A stretch of 62,893 nt of DNA, filler included, from Sphacelaria rigidula (Eukaryota), in the NCBI GenBank assembly GCA_964200075.2. It is 9 parts of 9 records of this genome, joined end to end, with 100 filler letters (N's around TTAATTAATTAA, not from the genome) between each part and the next. Parts side by side here need not be neighbours in the genome. Positions count along the whole stretch, not along the records: positions 7,001 to 13,900 come from CAXNAA020017509.1; positions 14,001 to 20,900 come from CAXNAA020017510.1; positions 21,001 to 27,899 come from CAXNAA020017511.1; 6 more parts are not named here. The stretch is one strand, 5' to 3'. Both the position numbers and the translations under genes were made by a program. Every line of letters starts with the position of its first letter. Within the stretch, counting starts at the first letter, position 1. The notes beneath the pieces were generated by a model. It did no database searches. It saw only the letters and a list, made by a program, of their open reading frames with translations, and was not told the DNA's origin. Of the stretch, positions 12,222 to 21,842 are shown piece by piece.

Positions 12222-12924
12222 ACACGGGATCTTACAAATTGGGCATGGATCTTTTATTGGGGATGAGAAACACGGAGAATTAAAATTTTCGTATGAGCAA
12301 TGCTGCGGTAGGGGTAAACTTTTTTCGCGAAATTATGTCTAGTACAGGGGCTCCTAACAACTATAGATGCACAAAAATATGGGTCAGGGCATCCCCGTTT
12401 GCAAATTCATTCGGGATATCCTCAGCACCTTGAAGTAGTAATCCTGGCGTACTTTTACATATGTTTATAGGTCGTGTTTTGCATGAGATAAAGGGCTCCT
12501 AACAATTCTAACCTCAGAAAATATTCATGCACCCCTACCGTAGCGTCACTCGTATCCGCACCAAATCTTCGAAATATGGTTCCATTTCTTCACCTACTGA
12601 TAGCTATTGACAACTGCTACACGCCGAAAAAATTTGGACTTCGATCACCGAAATTTCGAGGTCCTAGGTGTAAAAACAATTCCGGAACCATTTTGGCGCC
12701 CGTTCGGACACCCGAAATTCCCCAAAATTGGTCATTTACCTAGGACCCCAACATTTCGGTGATCGAAATCCAAATTTCTATGGCGTGTAGCAGTTGTCAA
12801 TACCTATCAGTAAGTGAAGAAATGGAACCATATTTCGAAGATTTGGTGTGGATACAAAGATTTTAATTCTCCGGGTTTCTCATCCCCAATAAAAGATCCA
12901 TCTCCAATTTGTAAGATCCCGTGT
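12222..12924. repeat. Fold-back element (~190-bp arms, ~65-nt spacer) whose left arm is interrupted by MITE copy 3
   Basis: ACACGGGATCTTACAAATT...GTAT[MITE]GTATCCGCACCAAATCTTCGAAATATGGTTCCATTTCTTCAC...GGTCCTAGGT is the reverse complement of 12737-12924. Confidence 0.9.
12295..12551 (+). mobile_element. Same MITE, copy 3, with a perfect 4-bp target-site duplication
   Basis: GTAT|GAGCAATGCTGCGGTAGGGG ... CCCCTACCGTAGCGTCACTC|GTAT. The opposite hairpin arm shows the empty site with a single GTAT. Confidence 0.9.
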
Positions 12925-13344
12925 GATGACCCGGACTTGCAATCCGGGCGGTCAAAGATTCAACATTCCAACGAGTTAGTCGTTGGATTTATTATCCGAA
13001 AGCGAAAAAGAAGGCAATATGCGACTTTTTGGAATCGACGGGTCAATACCCTACGCTCGCATCTAACGTATACATCGGAAGGACATTTTAGGAATGTACA
13101 TGTATGTCCGACGGGAAACCTACGACATCGAACCAATGACATGAATGTTTCGATGGTTGATGTGCGTTTTCCCCTTGTTTTTTTGTAATTAATACTTCAA
13201 CGAAGCGGGCCGTTCCCCATCATAACTCGTCAGTGTCCCTGATAAAAGCTCACCCTCAATCAGAAGCTACACCCTCTACCTGAAGAAAATGTGAAATCTC
13301 GTGTACAACAGATACTAACAGAGGATCCTGAAAAATGAAAATGA

Positions 13345-13600
13345 GAGTGGCGCTACGGTAGGGGTGCATGAATATTTTCTGAGGTTAGAATTGTTAGGAG
13401 CCCTTTATCTCATCCAGAACACGACTTAAAAAAAATGTGAGAGTACATCCGGATTACTATTCCAATGTGCTGGGGATATCCCGAATGACTTCCCAAACGG
13501 GGATGTCCTGACCCATATTCTTGTGCATCTGGAATCGTTAGGAGCCCCTGACTCAGACAAGATTTCGCGCAAAAAGTGCACCCCTACCGTAGCATTGCTC
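13345..13600 (-). mobile_element. Same MITE, copy 4 (inverted)
   Basis: GAGTGGCGCTACGGTAGGGG ... CCCCTACCGTAGCATTGCTC; flanks ATGA/GTGA. Confidence 0.85.
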
Positions 13601-14960
13601 GTGAGATTTTTCTATCGGAACTAGTTGGCGTCGAAACTGTGCGTCAATAATTCATGCAATTTCGACGTCAGTACGTTCCGAAAGAAAAATATATTTCTCA
13701 TTCATCAGGGTCCCCTGTTCTTAGTCGACGGAAGTCGCTTCAGTAGTGAATTAGCGATACCATGACGAGCGCGAATTTATTATGGAAACGGCAGGGGGAA
13801 GCGCGGAGAAATAATTCGGACACGTAGCTTCCCCCCCCCCCCCCCCCCCCCCCGGGGGGGGTGGGAAAAAAATAGTGTTTTTTTTTTTTTTTTTTTTTTT
13901 NNNNNNNNNNNNNNNNNNNNNNNNNNNNNNNNNNNNNNNNNNNNTTAATTAATTAANNNNNNNNNNNNNNNNNNNNNNNNNNNNNNNNNNNNNNNNNNNN
14001 GGACTTCTTTTGTTGTCGGCGTGTGCGGTGCGCCTGGGACCGGCGGCAGGGTGTCGGGGGGGGGGGGGGGGGGGGGGGGGGAGGGGTTCGCGAATAAGCG
14101 GAAGATGGTCAACCATATCGTCGGTTACGATTACCGGCGTCGGAGGTCAGCCGTCGAAGTTGTTCCGAAAATATGTCCGGCGCCCAACGAGTTAGTTGAG
14201 GGTACTCTGCAGCGTCAGGAATTACGCCATGTGTAGGTATGTTTCATGACGCTGCACATTCGCCCGTACGTACACAGGAAGGTCAGCCTGACGCCGCATG
14301 TTGTCCTTGTCTTATGAGATGGCGAGCAGGCGAATTTCATCCGTTGCACAAATCCGATTCGATATCCGGCTGTAATTCGGCTATATGCTGTAATCTGGTG
14401 GATGTGTTTCAGTACGTGATGAAGTTTCGCATGGTACTCTGTTGTGCTAGGAGTAGTCCACTCCTGCTCTACTACGTCTGGCTCCAGCTACACCCGGCTG
14501 TACTCTTGCAAGTCTAGAGCATGTTCGTGTTTCGATGAATTCGTAACATGACACTTCATCGTGCGAATGATAGTCGAGTCTATTGCGAGATCGATCCCAC
14601 CCCTTCTCCACGTACTGTACCGCTTGTATTTCTTCTCCGATGCGGCATCCTGGAAATGAATACGGTTCACGTCTCGACTCGTATTTTTAGATCGCGCTGT
14701 GACACGAATAGCGCCTCTATTCACTGACTAAAGCTTGATTTCATGCACGGGTCGATTGTCGCACATCAACATTAACTGATCACAGAGAGATCCGGCCCTG
14801 GTCACGAGATGGACGTACAGTATCCTGGCCAAAAAAAACTGGAAGAAGTCGCTACAAAAACTCTTTATCCGGATGCAATCTACACAATCCGATTGCTCGA
14901 ACAAAGTACGCTGTCCGATGGCACGTCCCATATCCGACTCTAATCTATTGAATCCGGCAG

Positions 14961-17900
14961 GTGGGGGATACGTTTTATGTTATGGAGGAGGGGTGTGCTG
15001 TGGTGACGCAGACGAACAGCCGGGGGGTCACGCGAGAGCTGCGGCGCTTGAGGGAGTACGCTTGCTTCGGGGAGCGCGCTTTGCTCACGGCGGAACCGCG
15101 AAGCGCTAACGTGATCGCCGAGACCAAGGTTTGTTTTATATGAACGTGTTGAGGATGGTCGGGGTAGGGTACCGCGCCATAGTGGACAGAAACCGACTGA
15201 AGCCAAGAAGGGTGCGAATATATCTTATCCGTGACGATCAAGAGCCTACATGTTTCCTACGGTACCCGGCGACAGACATCAAGGCTGTGCCCGTCGGCAG
15301 CACATGCAACTTTACACAAAGTCTGCCACGCAAGTTTGTTTCTTTTTCCTTGACCCATTTTTAGCATCGAGTACCTCAGGGTATCAAGGGTACGGTAGCC
15401 TAGGAGTACCCTGGACCTCCAGGGTTTTTGCAGTACCGACTTCCTCAGGGTGTTTGCAGTTCCAACTACCCCAGGGTATCTGCAATATTGACTACCCCAC
15501 GGCACAAAGCGTATCATATCCTAGGAGTAGACTCGAGATTTCGAGGCTATTTTCAGGAGCGAGTACGCCAGGGTATCAAGGGCACTGTACCTTAGGATAC
15601 CCAAGGTTTACGGGGTGTTTGGAGTACTGAGTGCCGCACGGTACCTGGATATTGACTGCCAATAAATTAAGCAATTCAAGGGTAATTGGCGATACATCTA
15701 TCGGCTCAGGGAAATGGCCGAAAAAAAGGAGAGTGTTCGAGAGACTCGAAACACGGAGCTGTCTGCACCCGTCCGTACCCGTACCCTACCCTATCGTCAA
15801 TACCTTTGGAATAGTCCACGGTGTGAATTTCGCGGAAAGCAGGACTCTGCGTTGTCCAAAACATGGCGATTTTTACGTTTTCTTCATGAATTGGTCAATA
15901 CTATTTTATCCCCAAAATATCAAGTAGTGATCCTACCAATTTGTAGGGTGCTCATATCTGCACTGGGGTCCATAAGAGGATGTCAACGAAAGATCTCGCA
16001 TGGCACCATGTCCTGCGGCGTTGCAGCCACAAGGGGAAAGCAAAACCACCCCCTGTTGAACACTACTTGATATTTTGGGAGAAGGGAAAAGCAAAACCAC
16101 CCCCTGTTGAACAGAGTGTTGAACTCCTTCACGTAGACGAGCTCGATTGTTTTTGCTGGCTCGTCGTTTGCTCTCGTCCCCAATCGCTTATTGATTGGGA
16201 AGAGTACCCCTTTTGTCTCCTAGCCAGGGATATCTTCCTACATTGATGACCCTACCTTTGTGCTATGTCAGAAACTGACAGTCACCTCAAGTCTTCCACG
16301 CGTCGGACAGCTCATGAGCTAGCTTATCTGCCGGCTGTAGCTCACCTGTAACAACATCAACATATGAGTGACGTCCGATAGCTCACCCAGGGAGAATATG
16401 AGCTGATGAGCTACGGGTTGGTAGCTCATCTAGGACAAACGTGCGTAGCTCATGTTGCTCTCATAGCTCACCCAGGGCAAATATGAGTTGATGAGTTACG
16501 GGTTGGTAGCTCACCCAGGATAAACGTGCATAGCTCATGTAGCTCTCATAGCTCGCCCAGGGGGAGAATGAGCTGATGAGCTACGGGTTGGTAGATCACT
16601 TACGGTGAACATGCGGAGCTCATGTAGCTCTCATAGCTCACCCAGGGAAAACATGCGCGGACGAGCTACGTCCGGTAGCTCACCCAAGGCAAACATGTGT
16701 AGCTCAAGTAGCTCTTGTAGCTCACCCGGGAAAACATGAGCGGATGAGCTACGCCCGGCAGCTTACCCCAGGAACATATGCTCCTAGCTCACTAATGTCA
16801 TGTACCTAGCTCGCCGCCGGCAAACCAGTTGTCGCTCATGATGCTACATTCTTGTTTGAACGGATGACGTAACATACCGTAAGGTTGTAGTGTTCTGCCT
16901 CGCTTTTCGCGGTAGGAAGAAAATAAGTCAAAACAATTCCTTGTCCGCTTGGTCGAATGGTTCAAAACAAAATTATTTATTTTAATATTTGGTGTATTCA
17001 ATAATCGACCTATTCATTTATTTTGACCGTTTAGCCGTGAGGGTACGAGTCCATCTGGTCATGCATACTTTTTTAAAGTGAAATTGAAGCCGTATTCGAC
17101 AGATGATGTATGCTGGCCGTCAAAGGGTTAACCCTTTGACCGCGAGGGTAGGCGATCCGTTAAATCAGCGTAATGCATACTATGTTCCGGGTGTGCATGA
17201 CGCCGGTTCAACAGGCTTACCATCGCCGTCAAAGGGCTTCGTTTCCAACTGAACCGCCGCTAGAGCTGCTGCTCCCAGTGGTCGCCATGCGGGTTGTGTG
17301 TGTGTGCGTGGTTTGTGTGCGGATGTGGTGGCTACGGTGCGGATGGCTTCTGATGCGGTCATGTTGATGTTTACAAAAGGGAATCCATCGCTGCACAAAA
17401 CGGAACACAGGTGTGCACACATGTAACCGTTTTCACGTATCAACGGGCATGAGGATTGTAACAGAAACAACTCCAAAGTCGGCGTAGCTCCCGTAGCTTT
17501 TTAGCTCATGCAGGGCAAACATGCGTAGCTCATGCAGCTATCATGGCCCATCCAGGAGGGGAAAGAGCTGATGAGCTACGGGTTGGTAGCTCACCCAGGA
17601 AAAGCATGCATAGTTCATGTAGCTCTCATAGCTCATTAGGGAGCTACACTAAAAAAGAACTAGCTCGAACTACAGGGAGCTGATCTGTCCGATGTGTGAA
17701 ATCTTTCAAAGAGATGGCTTCACCTTTGCAAGCTGCGGCCTCGCTCTGAAGCAAGCCGTCTGAGAGTTGCTTTGGGTCAACAGGTATCATGTATCTTGAT
17801 TCGCGATGCTGTAAATGTTTAGGTGTGTTCAGATGAATTTGTTTTAGGGAATTTCTCTTACCCGCCAGTCATGTCGAATCTCGGATGCCGGTCAGTAAAC

Positions 17901-20133
17901 AACACTCATGCGGAGAAATTTGAGTTGAAAGCAAGATTTTCAATTTTTTCAGTTACATTGATTTCATCACGGTGGACGTTGAATACCAAATATTGGCGAT
18001 AGAGAGACGTCAGTACCCGAAACAAAGTCTGAAAGAAAAAACACTCATACGAGCAAGTCTGAAGGATCCACGGGCTGGCCGGTCGTCGGGGGTCCCACGA
18101 GTACACAACCTCAGGTTACACCTTTTTTTTATATTTTGCGTCGATCGAAACCAATCCCGATCGTTCTGGTTGACAATACTCCAGACACGCTATTTAAAAT
18201 TGTCCAGCTACTTTCGCGCGTTAAAACGTTATTCGACAAAAGTACGGGTGGTGACACGCCCCGCAAAATTGTTGCCCCTATGGCCTCGACAGTACAGAAT
18301 TGGGAGGTATTTTCCGGGAATTACCTGTCTCTCTCTTCTCCCAACATCTACCAATCCTGGAGCTTTAGAGTGACATGGAAAATTTCTTGCGAAACATTCT
18401 CAACTGAGCCATATTCTCCGCTTGAACGTTTACGATGTGATGATATTCGAGTGTGTTGGTCAAGTCCGTCAATTTGTCCAACGAACAGGGATTGAAAAAT
18501 GCTCCGAAATGCAGATAGCGACAGAGCTGATTACTTTGTAGCACTGGCTGTACAAGAAGAACGAGCTTTTCTGTAGTCCCCATGACGCTCTTATTCACGC
18601 AAGTACATTTTTTATTTTTTCCTTGAAGGAGGAAACTTGACGCGAATCATTTCTATGCACACAGCTGACGCCGTTAGTTATTCGTGTAGTCGAGTCGGTG
18701 TCCATGATAGGTTATTGATCGTTGGTTCCTACGCGGTCGTTTTCTATGTTGTACGTGTTTTCGCAGGTGAAATGCTTGGAGCTGTCACAAAAAGCGTTCG
18801 AGGAACTTCTCGGGCCGTTATCGGGGTTGATGGATTCCAATAGGCAACGGAGAGGTCAAAGGCCAGGGGTACCCATGTTGCAGGTGGGGCGTCGTAGATT
18901 CTCTCGGCCGTTTTCCTTTTGATGGTAAGGTGTGGTGTATTTTCGGAATTTTTTGAGTGCTTTTGTTCAAAAACCGTGACGTGTACGCGAGTCAAAGTCG
19001 AGTACGCGTGTCCCATGTGTTGTGTAGAGTGTCTTGTGTGTGTTCGCATGATATGTTGAAATTGGTGTTTTGTTCTCCAGACCTTGTCTGGGATCGTGTA
19101 GTGGGCTCTCTCGTGTGGTGTAAGGTGGCGTGTCTTTCCGCTGCAGTCTCATATGTCGTAGTTTACCCTCGCATTAACAGTATCGCAAGGGTGTGTTGGA
19201 AAGGGTATTTATTTCCTACATTTACATTTGGGTATTTTGAAGAATCATGCCCTCAATACCCGAAACTTGGGTATGGAGTAGAGTATTGAAATCGTACTCA
19301 ACAATACCCAGATATTGGGTAGCGTATTGGGATCGTACCTTACGCCACGCAATATGTGGGTGGAGTTTGGGAATCGGACCATCGCAATCCATAATTCGGC
19401 AGAGTACATACCGGGTATTTACCCCACCCAACAGATCCTTGATATTTTTTTCGCTGCTTCATGCGGTGGCGCTGTACTGCTCTGTGTAGTGAAGTCCGTG
19501 ATATTGGATGATTTCTTCGCTGCGGAAGGTCGGGGTTGTCGATGTGGTGCTATGTTGTGGAAATGACGCTAGCTTTTTTATTCGGTTGGGCATATCATGA
19601 GTTGAGTGTGTTTTTGGGCAATTCCGTCGTCTCGCGTGAGTTGGGGGCTTAATATCAAAAGCGCCCCTGTTTTCTGCTTTCTTCATGTAACGGCAAGTGA
19701 ACGGTTCGTGTGCTGTAGATCCGAATCATCCGAAGACAGTAAATATTTTTCATGTCTAAGCGATAGTGCTGTGCTGTGCTGTGCTGTGCTGTGCTGTACC
19801 ATGCCTAAAACTAGTATATTTCACTGTGCCCTCGCCGACGGAGTTTCGATCTATTAATGAACCCTCGGGACACCTGCAGATGGGACACCTGACCACTCGG
19901 ACATGTCATTTTTAGAATGAAGATGGTGCCGATTCAAGAGATATACATCAAATGGTTGAAGTCACGTTGGGGTGTCAGGATGACCATCACGTTTTGTGAC
20001 ATGCCGTTTTGTTTTTCTGCGACGGTCGGTCTGTCTCGCAGGAGCTGCAGCTGCTAGGAGAGGTGACGAAAGATGATCTAGGCCAGATCAACGCCTGCCG
20101 ACTACCGAATAACAACACGCCCTACACATTAAG
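14961..20133 (+). CDS. Partial spliced gene: cyclic-nucleotide-binding domain followed by the start of an atypical kinase-like domain (PKG-like or PP2C-cNMP-kinase-like). Exons 14961-15128, 18767-18883, 20042-20133.
   Basis: All exons are bounded by AG/GT and join in frame: VGDTFYVMEEGCAVVTQTNSRGVTRELRRLREYACFGERALLTAEPRSANVIAETK / VKCLELSQKAFEELLGPLSGLMDSNRQRRGQRPGVPMLQ / ELQLLGEVTKDDLGQINACRLPNNNTPYTL(R). GD.FY...G, FGE.AL...PRSA.V and F..LLGPL are classic cNMP-binding motifs. Confidence 0.88.
15158..15793. mobile_element. Degenerate intronic MITE-like element with GGGTA(C/T)-rich internal repeats
   Basis: Left end GGTCGGGGTAGGGTACCG is roughly complementary to right end CGTACCCGTACCCTACCCTA. 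GAGTAC..CAGGGTATCAAGGG is repeated at ~15369 and ~15561. Confidence 0.5.
16308..16792. repeat. Tandem array, 85-bp period, built on TGAGCTAC-N6-GTAGCTCA palindromes; resumes at 17485-17680
   Basis: ATGAG(C/T)TGATGAG(C/T)TACGGGTTGGTAG starts at 16398, 16483 and 16568; more diverged units at ~16660, ~16744 and ~17565. Confidence 0.85.
17132..17236. mobile_element. 105-bp piggyBac-like mini element
   Basis: TTAA|CCCTTTGACCGCGAGGGTAGGC ... GCTTACCATCGCCGTCAAAGGG (22-bp TIR, 3 mismatches). A second right end GCCGTCAAAGGG abuts the same TTAA at 17116-17127. Confidence 0.6.
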
Positions 20134-20803
20134 GTACGAAATCGCATTTTCTCGTGCCTCAGGAACGGTAGACAGAATCGAAATCAAAAGGTTGGCTTGA
20201 CTCGACTACTACACCTTGAACGCAGCACGTGCTCCATCTACTCTGCATGCTTATCGTTGATATTCATTCCCATCGTGCGTGTAAGCCCCTCGTCCTTTCC
20301 TGGGAACAAGTCCGCAGTTCCTAGGGGATCAAGCTATAGCCATCTCTCCATCGGTACTTGCCGAGCACGTTGGTCACTGAGCACGGGATCAGCACTCGCG
20401 CCTGCCGTCGACTCTTTTCGAAATTTGTCTTGGCAACTCTCGTAGATTTCCAGGGTGATCATTGTCCGCTTGCTTGAAGACACGAAAAACTATAATTAAG
20501 CGAGATATCGCAAACGAATGAATACCCGCTACTCACCTTTCTCCCACCCTTTTCGCGAGTAAAGTGAGTGAGAGATATTGTGTTTGCGTGTTTCCTGTGA
20601 GCGTTGAGTTACCAACCTAGGTTTGGTGCACACCCGCTCGAGGAAGTGAGGAAGAGTGATTTGCAACATAATACATGTCTTCATATTTGCTTTGATGCCT
20701 CTGCTTGGATTCTAAAGTTATCACCAACAGTGTCCTCTGAAGCATGAGTGTTACCTGTTTTCCCTATTCTCCTACTCCTGTCGTTATTTATCCCCTTCTT
20801 CGC

Positions 20804-20838
<35 letters not shown>

Positions 20839-21842
20839 ACGCCCCCCCCCCCACGCTCGCACCACCCAACCACAGAAACAAAAACCCAAAAAAAAACAAA
20901 NNNNNNNNNNNNNNNNNNNNNNNNNNNNNNNNNNNNNNNNNNNNTTAATTAATTAANNNNNNNNNNNNNNNNNNNNNNNNNNNNNNNNNNNNNNNNNNNN
21001 AAAACAAGAAGAAAAAACAAACAATGTAAGAAGAAAAAAAAAAAAAAACGGATCCTCATTTTTCTGGGAGGGGGGGGAGGAGGGAGAATACACCAAAACC
21101 AAACGTGGCCTGTAAGTGAACTGCGAAATACTGTTCCGATTTTCTTCCTACCCCATCGCTAAACGGCCCATTAGCCGGCCAATATGTAGAGTTGGGGCGT
21201 AAAATTTGGTATGGACAATTCATAAGGCATGAAGAAACAAATAACCACTATACACAAGTGTATTTTTATTTTTCAAGAGTTAGGGGCAGTGATCAATTTT
21301 CAGGTATCAGTACAAATCCTTCAACACATGAAAGAAAAGAAAAAAACTCTTGTGCACAGGTATCTGTTTTTAGTATGCCGTATTCGTTGTCCATACCAAC
21401 TGTTAGGGTCCAACTCTAAATATTGGCCGGCTTTTTGGGCCCGCAAACTATGAATTCGCTTCTTTGCTGGCTTAGCCTGTATTGGCGAGCGATTTTCACG
21501 TACTGAAGTAGGGTACCGAATTGCAGTAGGACCTGATGTGTAGGCTGTATTTGATGGTTCTGCTGCGGGCTCTTGGATGTCCATGTTAACGATATCCTGA
21601 AAGTATTTTGGGTGCTGCCTTAGAGGAGCGTTTGCATTCGAAAGTACACTGAGTTTTCTTGCGACTATTGCCACAGTTGTGTTTCGGGGCAGGCGATGCC
21701 TCCCGCGTTGGGTAAATGGTTGCTGTAGCTCATATCGTACTTTTGCTGCTCGGTGTCAGTAGCGTATACAATCTTACCGGCCCTCGCCCCTCGGTCGTTT
21801 TGCGTACGTGCGCTGTGGTGTTTTTTACCCACCTGCCTGAAG

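Noticed and set aside
16398-16600. Hammerhead ribozymes suggested by repeated CTGATGAG followed by a hairpin
   Set aside because: The stem is followed by TCA, not the required GAAA, and no stem I/III with an NUH site could be built.
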